Shown: positions 12,201 to 26,000 of the stretch, piece by piece
Position numbering within the stretch: position 1 is the first letter of the stretch
Layout: the number at the start of each line of letters is the position of its first letter
Assembly (NCBI RefSeq): GCF_009914755.1
Contig: NC_060946.1
Source of the DNA: the human T2T-CHM13v2.0 reference genome, Homo sapiens
Direction: 5' to 3' (one strand)
Length of the DNA stretch: 64,000 nt
Position numbers and translations under genes: made by a program
The notes under the pieces: model-generated
Database searches by the model: none
The model's input: the letters and a program-made list of their open reading frames with translations, nothing else
What the model was told of the DNA's origin: nothing

Positions 12201-15200
12201 AGCAGTTTCTGAGAATGCTTCTGTCTAGATTTTATAGGAAGATATTCCCGTTTCCAACGAAATCTTCACAGCTATCCAAATATCCACTTGCAGATTCTAC
12301 AAAAAGAGTGTATCAAAACTGCTCTGTCAAAAGGAAGGTTCTTCTCTGTTAGGTGAGTGCATACGTCATAAAGGAGTTTCTGAGAATGTTTCTGTCTAGT
12401 GGTTATGGGAAGATATTTGCTTTTTCACCGTAGGCCTCAGAGCGCTCCAAATATCCACTTGCACATACTACAAAAAGAGTGCCTCAAAGCTGCTCTCTGA
12501 AACGGAATGTTCAACTCTATGAGTTGAATGCAAACATCACAAAGACGTTTCTGAGAATGCTTCTGTCTAGATTTGATATGAAGATATTCCCGTTTCCAAC
12601 GAAATCTTCAAATCTATCCAAATGTCCACTTGCAGATTCAACAAAAAGTGTTTTTCAGAACTGCTGTATCAAAAGAAAGATCCACGTCTGTTAGCTGAGT
12701 TCACACATCACAAACAAGTTTATGAGAATGCTTCTGTCTAGTTTTTATTTGAAGATATTTCCTTTCTCACCATAGACCTGAAAGCTGTCCTAATGTTCAC
12801 TTCCAGATACTACAGAAAGAGTGTTTCAAAACTGCTGTACGAAAGGGAATTTTCAACCCTGTGACTTGAATGCACACATCACAAAGAAGTTTCTGAGGAT
12901 GCTGCTGTCTACTTTTTATACGTAATCCCGTTTCCAACGAAATCCTCCAAGCTATCCAAATATCCACTTGCAGATTCCACAGAAAGACTGTTTCAAAACT
13001 GCTCTGTCAATAGAAAGGTTCAACTCTGTTAGCTGCGTGCATATATCCCAAAGAAGATTCTGAGATTGCTTCTGTCTAGTTTTTATGGGAAGATATTTCC
13101 CTTTTCACCGTAGGCGTCAAGGCGCTCCAAATGTCCACTTCCAGATACTACAAAAAGAGTGTTTCAAACCTACTCTGTGAAAGGGAATATTCAACTCTGT
13201 GACTTGAATGCACATATCACAAAGAAGTTTCTGAGAATGCTTCTGTCGAGATTTTATATGAAGATATTCCCGTTTCCAACGAAATCCTGAAATCTATCCA
13301 AATATCCCCTCGCAGATTCTACAAAAAGAGTGTTTCAAAACTGTTCTGTAAAAAGAAAGGTTCAACTCTGTTAGTTGAGTACACACATCACAAACAAGTT
13401 TCACAGAATGCTTCTTTCTAGCTTGTAGGGGAAGATATTCCCTTTATCACCATGGGCCTCCAAACGTCCGAAACGTCCACTTCCATATACTACAAAAAGA
13501 GCGTTTCAAACCTGCTCTAGGAAAGGCAATGTTCAACTCTGTGACTTGAATGCAGACATCACAGAGCAGTTTCTGAGAATGCTTCTGTCTAGATTTTATA
13601 GGAAGATATTCCCGTTTCCAACGAAATCTTCACAGCTATCCAAATATCCACTTGCAGATTCTACAAAAAGAGTGTATCAAAACTGCTCTGTCAAAAGGAA
13701 GGTTCTTCTCTGTTAGGTGAGTGCATACGTCATAAAGGAGTTTCTGAGAATGTTTCTGTCTAGTGGTTATGGGAAGATATTTGCTTTTTCACCGTAGGCC
13801 TCAGAGCGCTCCAAATATCCACTTGCACATACTACAAAAAGAGTGCCTCAGAGCTGCTCTCTGAAACGGAATGTTCAACTCTATGAGTTGAATGCAAACA
13901 TCACAAAGACGTTTCTGAGAATGCTTCTGTCTAGATTTGATATGAAGATATTCCCGTTTCCAACGAAATCTTCAAATCTATCCAAATGTCCACTTGCAGA
14001 TTCAACAAAAAGTGTTTTTCAGAACTGCTCTATCAAAAGAAAGATCCACCTCTGTTAGCTGAGTTCACACATCACAAACAAGTTTATGAGAATGCTTCTG
14101 TCTAGTTTTTATTTGAAGATATTTCCTTTCTCACCATAGACCTGAAAGCTGTCCTAATGTTCACTTCCAGATACTACAGAAAGAGTGTTTCAAAACTGCT
14201 GTACGAAAGGGAATGTTCAACTCTGTGACTTGAATGCACACATCACAAAGAAGTTTCTGAGGATGCTGCTGTCTACTTTTTATACGTAATCCCGTTTCCA
14301 ACGAAATCCTCCAAGCTATCCAAATATCCACTTGCAGATTCCACAGAAAGACTGTTTCAAAACTGCTCTGTCAATAGAAAGGTTCAACTCTGTTAGCTGC
14401 GTGCATATATCCCAAAGAAGATTCTGAGATTGCTTCTGTCTAGTTTTTATGGGAAGATATTTCCCTTTTCACCGTAGGCGTCAAGGCGCTCCAAATGTCC
14501 ACTTCCAGATACTACAAAAAGAGTGTTTCAAACCTACTCTGTGAAAGGGAATATTCAACTCTGTGACTTGAATGCACATATCACAAAGAAGTTTCTGAGA
14601 ATGCTTCTGTCGAGATTTTATATGAAGATATTCCCGTTTCCAACGAAATCCTGAAATCTATCCAAATATCCCCTCGCAGATTCTACAAAAAGAGTGTTTC
14701 AAAACTGCTCTGTAAAAAGAAAGGTTCAACTCTGTTAGTTGAGTACACACATCACAAACAAGTTTCACAGAATGCTTCTTTCTAGCTTGTAGGGGAAGAT
14801 ATTCCCTTTATCACCATGGGCCTCCAAACGTCCGAAACGTCCACTTCCATATACTACAAAAAGAGCGTTTCAAACCTGCTCTAGGAAAGGCAATGTTCAA
14901 CTCTGTGACTTGAATGCAGACATCACAGAGCAGTTTCTGAGAATGCTTCTGTCTAGATTTTATAGGAAGATATTCCCGTTTCCAACGAAATCTTCACAGC
15001 TATCCAAATATCCACTTGCAGATTCTACAAAAAGAGTGTATCAAAACTGCTCTGTCAAAAGGAAGGTTCTTCTCTGTTAGGTGAGTGCATACGTCATAAA
15101 GGAGTTTCTGAGAATGTTTCTGTCTAGTGGTTATGGGAAGATATTTGCTTTTTCACCGTAGGCCTCAGAGCGCTCCAAATATCCACTTGCACATACTACA

Positions 15201-17491
15201 AAAAGAGTGCCTCAGAGCTGCTCTCTGAAACGGAATGTTCAACTCTATGAGTTGAATGCAAACATCACAAAGACGTTTCTGAGAATGCTTCTGTCTAGAT
15301 TTGATATGAAGATATTCCCGTTTCCAACGAAATCTTCAAATCTATCCAAATGTCCACTTGCAGATTCAACAAAAAGTGTTTTTCAGAACTGCTCTATCAA
15401 AAGAAAGATCCACCTCTGTTAGCTGAGTTCACACATCACAAACATGTTTATGAGAATGCTTCTGTCTAGTTTTTATTTGAAGATATTTCCTTTCTCACCA
15501 TAGACCTGAAAGCTGTCCTAATGTTCACTTCCAGATACTACAGAAAGAGTGTTTCAAAACTGCTGTACGAAAGGGAATGTTCAACTCTGTGACTTGAATG
15601 CACACATCACAAAGAAGTTTCTGAGGATGCTGCTGTCTACTTTTTATACGTAATCCCGTTTCCAACGAAATCCTCCAAGCTATCCAAATATCCACTTGCA
15701 GATTCCACAGAAAGACTGTTTCAAAACTGCTCTGTCAATAGAAAGGTTCAACTCTGTTAGCTGCGTGCATATATCCCAAAGAAGATTCTGAGATTGCTTC
15801 TGTCTAGTTTTTATGGGAAGATATTTCCCTTTTCACCGTAGGCGTCAAGGCCCTCCAAATGTCCACTTCCAGATACTACAAAAAGAGTGTTTCAAACCTA
15901 CTCTGTGAAAGCGAATATTCAACTCTGTGACTTGAATGCACATATCACAAAGAAGTTTCTGAGAATGCTTCTGTCGAGATTTTATATGAAGATATTCCCG
16001 TTTCCAACGAAATCCTGAAATCTATCCAAATATCCCCTCGCAGATTCTACAAAAAGAGTGTTTCAAAACTGCTCTGTAAAAAGAAAGGTTCAACTCTGTT
16101 AGTTGAGTACACACATCACAAACAAGTTTCACAGAATGCTTCTTTCTAGCTTGTAGGGGAAGATATTCCCTTTATCACCATGGTCCTCAAACCGTCCGAA
16201 ACGTCCACTTCCATATACTACAAAAAGAGCGTTTCAAACCTGCTCTAGGAAAGGCAATGTTCAACTCTGTGACTTGAATGCAGACATCACAGAGCAGTTT
16301 CTGAGAATGCTTCTGTCTAGATTTTATAGGAAGATATTCCCGTTTCCAACGAAATCTTCACAGCTATCCAAATATCCACTTGCAGATTCTACAAAAAGAG
16401 TGTATCAAAACTGCTCTGTCAAAAGGAAGGTTCTTCTCTGTTAGGTGAGTGCATACGTCATAAAGGAGTTTCTGAGAATGTTTCTGTCTAGTGGTTATGG
16501 GAAGATATTTGCTTTTTCACCGTAGGCCTCAGAGCGCTCCAAATATCCACTTGCACATACTACAAAAAGAGTGCCTCAAAGCTGCTCTCTGAAACGGAAT
16601 GTTCAACTCTATGAGTTGAATGCAAACATCACAAAGACGTTTCTGAGAATGCTTCTGTCTAGATTTGATATGAAGATATTCCCGTTTCCAACGAAATCTT
16701 CAAATCTATCCAAATGTCCACTTGCAGATTCAACAAAAAGTGTTTTTCAGAACTGCTGTATCAAAAGAAAGATCCACGTCTGTTAGCTGAGTTCACACAT
16801 CACAAACAAGTTTATGAGAATGCTTCTGTCTAGTTTTTATTTGAAGATATTTCCTTTCTCACCATAGACCTGAAAGCTGTCCTAATGTTCACTTCCAGAT
16901 ACTACAGAAAGAGTGTTTCAAAACTGCTGTACGAAAGGGAATTTTCAACCCTGTGACTTGAATGCACACATCACAAAGAAGTTTCTGAGGATGCTGCTGT
17001 CTACTTTTTATACGTAATCCCGTTTCCAACGAAATCCTCCAAGCTATCCAAATATCCACTTGCAGATTCCACAGAAAGACTGTTTCAAAACTGCTCTGTC
17101 AATAGAAAGGTTCAACTCTGTTAGCTGCGTGCATATATCCCAAAGAAGATTCTGAGATTGCTTCTGTCTAGTTTTTATGGGAAGATATTTCCCTTTTCAC
17201 CGTAGGCGTCAAGGCGCTCCAAATGTCCACTTCCAGATACTACAAAAAGAGTGTTTCAAACCTACTCTGTGAAAGGGAATATTCAACTCTGTGACTTGAA
17301 TGCACATATCACAAAGAAGTTTCTGAGAATGCTTCTGTCGAGATTTTATATGAAGATATTCCCGTTTCCAACGAAATCCTGAAATCTATCCAAATATCCC
17401 CTCGCAGATTCTACAAAAAGAGTGTTTCAAAACTGTTCTGTAAAAAGAAAGGTTCAACTCTGTTAGTTGAGTACACACATCACAAACAAGT
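9253..17491. repeat. Tandem duplication of three HORs (4092-bp period)
   Basis: Rare alleles recur at exactly +4092: 11353/15445, 11760/15852, 13344/17436. Confidence 0.9.
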
Positions 17492-18753
17492 ATCACAGAA
17501 TGCTTCTTTCTAGCTTGTAGGGGAAGATATTCCCTTTATCACCATGGGCCTCAAACCGTCCGAAACGTCCACTTCCATATACTTCAAAAAGAGCGTTTCA
17601 AACCTGCTCTATGAAAGGCAATGTTCAACTCTGTGACTTGAATGCAGACATCACAGAGCTGTTTATGAGAATGCTTCTGTCTAGATTTTATAGGATGATA
17701 TTCCCGTTTCCAACGAAATCTTCACAGCTATCCAAATATCCACTTGCAGATTCTACAAAAAGAGTGTATCCAAACTGCTCTGGCAAAAGGAAGGTTCTTC
17801 TCTGTTAGGTGAGTGCATACGTCATAAAGGAGTTTCTGAGAATGTTTCTGTCTAGTGGTTATGGGAAGATATTTGCTTTTTCACCATAGGCCTCAGAGCG
17901 CTCCAAATATCCACTTGCACATACTACAAAAAGAGTGCCTCAAAGCTGCTCTCTGAAATGGAATGTTCAACTCTATGAGTTGAATGCAAACATCACAAAG
18001 ACGTTTCTGAGAATGCTTCTGTCTAGATTTGATATGAAGATATTCCCGTTTCCAACGAAATCTTCAAATCTATCCAAATGTCCACTTCTATAATCAACAA
18101 AAAGTGTTTTTCAGAACTGCTCTATCAAAAGAAAGATCCACCTCTGTTAGCTGAGTTCACACATCCAAACAAGTTTATGAGAATGCTTCTGTCTAGTTTT
18201 TATTTGAAGATATTTCCTTTCTCACCATAGACCTGAAAGCTGTCCTAATGTTCACTTCCAGATACTACAGAAAGAGTGTTTAAAAACTGCTGTACGAAAG
18301 GGAATGTTCAACTCTGTGACTTGAATGCACACATCACAAAGAAGTTTCTGAGGATGCTGCTGTCTACTTTTTATACGTAATCCCGTTTCCAACGAAATCC
18401 TCCAAGCTATCCAAATATCCACTTGCAGATTCCACAGAAAGACTGTTTCAAAACTGCTCTGTCAATAGAAAGGTTCAACTCTGTTAGCTGCGTGCATATA
18501 TCCCAAAGAAGATTCTGAGATTGCTTCTGTCTAGTTTTTATGGGAAGATATTTCCCTTTTCACCGTAGGTGTCAAGGCGCTCCAAATGTCCACTTCCAGA
18601 TACTACAAAAAGAGTGTTTCAAACCTACTCTGTGAAAAGGAATATTCAACTCTGTGACTTGAATGCACATATCACAAAGAAGTTTCTGAGAATGCTTCTG
18701 TCGAGATTTTATATGAAGATATTCCCGTTTCCAACGAAATCCTGAAATCTATC
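17391..18753 (-). repeat. Divergent 1363-bp HOR haplotype 'D' (other copies start at 35802, 39892, 45346, 54550)
   Basis: Linked alleles: ctgTtctg, aagtAtcac, actTcaaaa, ctaTgaaa, gagcTgtttAtgag, taggaTgata, gtatcCaaa, tctgGcaaa, gaaaTgga and the 1-bp deletion cacatc-caaac. Confidence 0.92.
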
Positions 18754-20053
18754 CAAATATCCCCTCGCAGATTCTACAAAAAGAGTGTTTCAAAACTGCT
18801 CTGTAAAAAGAAAGGTTCAACTCTGTTAGTTGAGTACACACATCACAAACAAGTTTCACAGAATGCTTCTTTCTAGCTTGTAGGGGAAGATATTCCCTTT
18901 ATCACCATGGGCCTCCAACCGTCCGAAACGTCCACTTCCATATACTACAAAAAGAGCGTTTCAAACCTGCTCTATGAAAGGCAATGTTCAACTCTGTGAC
19001 TTGAATGCAGACATCACAGAGCAGTTTCTGAGAATGCTTCTGTCTAGATTTTATAGGAAGATATTCCCGTTTCCAACGAAATCTTCACAGCTATCCAAAT
19101 ATCCACTTGCAGATTCTACAAAAAGAGTGTATCAAAACTGCTCTGTCAAAAGGAAGGTTCTTCTCTGTTAGGTGAGTGCATACGTCATAAAGGAGTTTCT
19201 GAGAATGTTTCTGTCTAGTGGTTATGGGAAGATATTTGCTTTTTCACCGTAGGCCTCAGAGCGCTCCAAATATCCACTTGCACATACTACAAAAAGAGTG
19301 CCTCAAAGCTGCTCTTTGAAACGGAATGTTCAACTCTATGAGTTGAATGCAAACATCACAAAGACGTTTCTGAGAATGCTTCTGTCTAGATTTGATATGA
19401 AGATATTCCCGTTTCCAACGAAATCTTCAAATCTATCCAAATGTCCACTTGCAGATTCAACAAAAAGTGTTTTTCAGAACTGCTCTATCAAAAGAAAGAT
19501 CCACATCTGTTAGCTGAGTTCACACATCACAAACAAGTTTATGAGAATGCTTCTGTCTAGTTTTTATTTGAAGATATTTCCTTTCTCACCATAGACCTGA
19601 AAGCTGTCCTAATGTTCACTTCCAGATACTACAGAAAGAGTGTTTCAAAACTGCTGTATGAAAGGGAATGTTCAACTCTGTGACTTGAATGCACACATCA
19701 CAAAGAAGTTTCTGAGGATGCTGCTGTCTACTTTTTATATGTAATCCCGTTTCCAACGAAATCCTCCAAGCTATCCAAATATCCACTTGCAGATTCCACA
19801 GAAAGACTGTTTCAAAACTGCTCTGTCAATAGAAAGGTTCAACTCTGTTAGCTGCGTGCATATATCCCAAAGAAGATTCTGAGATTGCTTCTGTCTAGTT
19901 TTTATGGGAAGATATTTCCCTTTTCACCGTAGGCGTCAAGGCGCTCCAAATGTCCACTTCCAGATACTACAAAAAGAGTGTTTCAAACCTACTCTGTGAA
20001 AGGGAATATTCAACTCTGTGACTTGAATGCACATATCACAAAGAAGTTTCTGA

Positions 20054-23000
20054 TAATGCTTCTGTCGAGATTTTATATGAAGATATTCCCGTTTCCAACG
20101 AAATCCTGAAATCTATCCAAATATCCCCTCGCAGATTCTACAAAAAGAGTGTTTCAAAACTGCTCTGTAAAAAGAAAGGTTCAACTCTGTTAGTTGAGTA
20201 CACACATCACAAACAAGTTTCACAGAATGCTTCTTTCTAGCTTGTAGGGGAAGATATTCCCTTTATCACCATGGGCCTCCAACCGTCCGAAACGTCCACT
20301 TCCATATACTACAAAAAGAGCGTTTCAAACCTGCTCTAGGAAAGGCAATGTTCAACTCTGTGACTTGAATGCAGACATCACAGAGCAGTTTCTGAGAATG
20401 CTTCTGTCTAGATTTTATAGGAAGATATTCCCGTTTCCAACGAAATCTTCACAGCTATCCAAATATCCACTTGCAGATTCTACAAAAAGAGTGTATCAAA
20501 ACTGCTCTGTCAAAAGGAAGGTTCTTCTCTGTTAGGTGAGTGCATACGTCATAAAGGAGTTTCTGAGAATGTTTCTGTCTAGTGGTTATGGGAAGATATT
20601 TGCTTTTTCACCGTAGGCCTCAGAGCGCTCCAAATATCCACTTGCACATACTACAAAAAGAGTGCCTCAGAGCTGCTCTCTGAAACGGAATGTTCAACTC
20701 TATGAGTTGAATGCAAACATCACAAAGACGTTTCTGAGAATGCTTCTGTCTAGATTTGATATGAAGATATTCCCGTTTCCAACGAAATCTTCAAATCTAT
20801 CCAAATGTCCACTTGCAGATTCAACAAAAAGTGTTTTTCAGAACTGCTCTATCAAAAGAAAGATCCACCTCTGTTAGCTGAGTTCACACATCACAAACAA
20901 GTTTATGAGAATGCTTCTGTCTAGTTTTTATTTGAAGATATTTCCTTTCTCACCATAGACCTGAAAGCTGTCCTAATGTTCACTTCCAGATACTACAGAA
21001 AGAGTGTTTCAAAACTGCTGTACGAAAGGGAATGTTCAACTCTGTGACTTGAATGCACACATCACAAAGAAGTTTCTGAGGATGCTGCTGTCTACTTTTT
21101 ATACGTAATCCCGTTTCCAACGAAATCCTCCAAGCTATCCAAATATCCACTTGCAGATTCCACAGAAAGACTGTTTCAAAACTGCTCTGTCAATAGAAAG
21201 GTTCAACTCTGTTAGCTGCGTGCATATATCCCAAAGAAGATTCTGAGATTCCTTCTGTCTAGTTTTTATGGGAAGATATTTCCCTTTTCACCGTAGGCGT
21301 CAAGGCGCTCCAAATGTCCACTTCCAGATACTACAAAAAGAGTGTTTCAAACCTACTCTGTGAAAGCGAATATTCAACTCTGTGACTTGAATGCACATAT
21401 CACAAAGAAGTTTCTGAGAATGCTTCTGTCGAGATTTTATATGAAGATATTCCCGTTTCCAACGAAATCCTGAAATCTATCCAAATATCCCCTCGCAGAT
21501 TCTACAAAAAGAGTGTTTCAAAACTGCTCTGTAAAAAGAAAGGTTCAACTCTGTTAGTTGAGTACACACATCACAAACAAGTTTCACAGAATGCTTCTTT
21601 CTAGCTTGTAGGGGAAGATATTCCCTTTATCACCATGGTCCTCAAACCGTCCGAAACGTCCACTTCCATATACTACAAAAAGAGCGTTTCAAACCTGCTC
21701 TAGGAAAGGCAATGTTCAACTCTGTGACTTGAATGCAGACATCACAGAGCAGTTTCTGAGAATGCTTCTGTCTAGATTTTATAGGAAGATATTCCCGTTT
21801 CCAACGAAATCTTCACAGCTATCCAAATATCCACTTGCAGATTCTACAAAAAGAGTGTATCAAAACTGCTCTGTCAAAAGGAAGGTTCTTCTCTGTTAGG
21901 TGAGTGCATACGTCATAAAGGAGTTTCTGAGAATGTTTCTGTCTAGTGGTTATGGGAAGATATTTGCTTTTTCACCGTAGGCCTCAGAGCGCTCCAAATA
22001 TCCACTTGCACATACTACAAAAAGAGTGCCTCAAAGCTGCTCTCTGAAACGGAATGTTCAACTCTATGAGTTGAATGCAAACATCACAAAGACGTTTCTG
22101 AGAATGCTTCTGTCTAGATTTGATATGAAGATATTCCCGTTTCCAACGAAATCTTCAAATCTATCCAAATGTCCACTTGCAGATTCAACAAAAAGTGTTT
22201 TTCAGAACTGCTGTATCAAAAGAAAGATCCACGTCTGTTAGCTGAGTTCACACATCACAAACAAGTTTATGAGAATGCTTCTGTCTAGTTTTTATTTGAA
22301 GATATTTCCTTTCTCACCATAGACCTGAAAGCTGTCCTAATGTTCACTTCCAGATACTACAGAAAGAGTGTTTCAAAACTGCTGTACGAAAGGGAATTTT
22401 CAACCCTGTGACTTGAATGCACACATCACAAAGAAGTTTCTGAGGATGCTGCTGTCTACTTTTTATACGTAATCCCGTTTCCAACGAAATCCTCCAAGCT
22501 ATCCAAATATCCACTTGCAGATTCCACAGAAAGACTGTTTCAAAACTGCTCTGTCAATAGAAAGGTTCAACTCTGTTAGCTGCGTGCATATATCCCAAAG
22601 AAGATTCTGAGATTGCTTCTGTCTAGTTTTTATGGGAAGATATTTCCCTTTTCACCGTAGGCGTCAAGGCGCTCCAAATGTCCACTTCCAGATACTACAA
22701 AAAGAGTGTTTCAAACCTACTCTGTGAAAGGGAATATTCAACTCTGTGACTTGAATGCACATATCACAAAGAAGTTTCTGATAATGCTTCTGTCGAGATT
22801 TTATATGAAGATATTCCCGTTTCCAACGAAATCCTGAAATCTATCCAAATATCCCCTCGCAGATTCTACAAAAAGAGTGTTTCAAAACTGCTCTGTAAAA
22901 AGAAAGGTTCAACTCTGTTAGTTGAGTACACACATCACAAACAAGTTTCACAGAATGCTTCTTTCTAGCTTGTAGGGGAAGATATTCCCTTTATCACCAT

Positions 23001-26000
23001 GGGCCTCCAACCGTCCGAAACGTCCACTTCCATATACTACAAAAAGAGCGTTTCAAACCTGCTCTAGGAAAGGCAATGTTCAACTCTGTGACTTGAATGC
23101 AGACATCACAGAGCAGTTTCTGAGAATGCTTCTGTCTAGATTTTATAGGAAGATATTCCCGTTTCCAACGAAATCTTCACAGCTATCCAAATATCCACTT
23201 GCAGATTCTACAAAAAGAGTGTATCAAAACTGCTCTGTCAAAAGGAAGGTTCTTCTCTGTTAGGTGAGTGCATACGTCATAAAGGAGTTTCTGAGAATGT
23301 TTCTGTCTAGTGGTTATGGGAAGATATTTGCTTTTTCACCGTAGGCCTCAGAGCGCTCCAAATATCCACTTGCACATACTACAAAAAGAGTGCCTCAGAG
23401 CTGCTCTCTGAAACGGAATGTTCAACTCTATGAGTTGAATGCAAACATCACAAAGACGTTTCTGAGAATGCTTCTGTCTAGATTTGATATGAAGATATTC
23501 CCGTTTCCAACGAAATCTTCAAATCTATCCAAATGTCCACTTGCAGATTCAACAAAAAGTGTTTTTCAGAACTGCTCTATCAAAAGAAAGATCCACCTCT
23601 GTTAGCTGAGTTCACACATCACAAACAAGTTTATGAGAATGCTTCTGTCTAGTTTTTATTTGAAGATATTTCCTTTCTCACCATAGACCTGAAAGCTGTC
23701 CTAATGTTCACTTCCAGATACTACAGAAAGAGTGTTTCAAAACTGCTGTACGAAAGGGAATGTTCAACTCTGTGACTTGAATGCACACATCACAAAGAAG
23801 TTTCTGAGGATGCTGCTGTCTACTTTTTATACGTAATCCCGTTTCCAACGAAATCCTCCAAGCTATCCAAATATCCACTTGCAGATTCCACAGAAAGACT
23901 GTTTCAAAACTGCTCTGTCAATAGAAAGGTTCAACTCTGTTAGCTGCGTGCATATATCCCAAAGAAGATTCTGAGATTCCTTCTGTCTAGTTTTTATGGG
24001 AAGATATTTCCCTTTTCACCGTAGGCGTCAAGGCGCTCCAAATGTCCACTTCCAGATACTACAAAAAGAGTGTTTCAAACCTACTCTGTGAAAGCGAATA
24101 TTCAACTCTGTGACTTGAATGCACATATCACAAAGAAGTTTCTGAGAATGCTTCTGTCGAGATTTTATATGAAGATATTCCCGTTTCCAACGAAATCCTG
24201 AAATCTATCCAAATATCCCCTCGCAGATTCTACAAAAAGAGTGTTTCAAAACTGCTCTGTAAAAAGAAAGGTTCAACTCTGTTAGTTGAGTACACACATC
24301 ACAAACAAGTTTCACAGAATGCTTCTTTCTAGCTTGTAGGGGAAGATATTCCCTTTATCACCATGGTCCTCAAACCGTCCGAAACGTCCACTTCCATATA
24401 CTACAAAAAGAGCGTTTCAAACCTGCTCTAGGAAAGGCAATGTTCAACTCTGTGACTTGAATGCAGACATCACAGAGCAGTTTCTGAGAATGCTTCTGTC
24501 TAGATTTTATAGGAAGATATTCCCGTTTCCAACGAAATCTTCACAGCTATCCAAATATCCACTTGCAGATTCTACAAAAAGAGTGTATCAAAACTGCTCT
24601 GTCAAAAGGAAGGTTCTTCTCTGTTAGGTGAGTGCATACGTCATAAAGGAGTTTCTGAGAATGTTTCTGTCTAGTGGTTATGGGAAGATATTTGCTTTTT
24701 CACCGTAGGCCTCAGAGCGCTCCAAATATCCACTTGCACATACTACAAAAAGAGTGCCTCAAAGCTGCTCTCTGAAACGGAATGTTCAACTCTATGAGTT
24801 GAATGCAAACATCACAAAGACGTTTCTGAGAATGCTTCTGTCTAGATTTGATATGAAGATATTCCCGTTTCCAACGAAATCTTCAAATCTATCCAAATGT
24901 CCACTTGCAGATTCAACAAAAAGTGTTTTTCAGAACTGCTGTATCAAAAGAAAGATCCACGTCTGTTAGCTGAGTTCACACATCACAAACAAGTTTATGA
25001 GAATGCTTCTGTCTAGTTTTTATTTGAAGATATTTCCTTTCTCACCATAGACCTGAAAGCTGTCCTAATGTTCACTTCCAGATACTACAGAAAGAGTGTT
25101 TCAAAACTGCTGTACGAAAGGGAATTTTCAACCCTGTGACTTGAATGCACACATCACAAAGAAGTTTCTGAGGATGCTGCTGTCTACTTTTTATACGTAA
25201 TCCCGTTTCCAACGAAATCCTCCAAGCTATCCAAATATCCACTTGCAGATTCCACAGAAAGACTGTTTCAAAACTGCTCTGTCAATAGAAAGGTTCAACT
25301 CTGTTAGCTGCGTGCATATATCCCAAAGAAGATTCTGAGATTGCTTCTGTCTAGTTTTTATGGGAAGATATTTCCCTTTTCACCGTAGGCGTCAAGGCGC
25401 TCCAAATGTCCACTTCCAGATACTACAAAAAGAGTGTTTCAAACCTACTCTGTGAAAGGGAATATTCAACTCTGTGACTTGAATGCACATATCACAAAGA
25501 AGTTTCTGATAATGCTTCTGTCGAGATTTTATATGAAGATATTCCCGTTTCCAACGAAATCCTGAAATCTATCCAAATATCCCCTCGCAGATTCTACAAA
25601 AAGAGTGTTTCAAAACTGCTCTGTAAAAAGAAAGGTTCAACTCTGTTAGTTGAGTACACACATCACAAACAAGTTTCACAGAATGCTTCTTTCTAGCTTG
25701 TAGGGGAAGATATTCCCTTTATCACCATGGGCCTCCAACCGTCCGAAACGTCCACTTCCATATACTACAAAAAGAGCGTTTCAAACCTGCTCTAGGAAAG
25801 GCAATGTTCAACTCTGTGACTTGAATGCAGACATCACAGAGCAGTTTCTGAGAATGCTTCTGTCTAGATTTTATAGGAAGATATTCCCGTTTCCAACGAA
25901 ATCTTCACAGCTATCCAAATATCCACTTGCAGATTCTACAAAAAGAGTGTATCAAAACTGCTCTGTCAAAAGGAAGGTTCTTCTCTGTTAGGTGAGTGCA

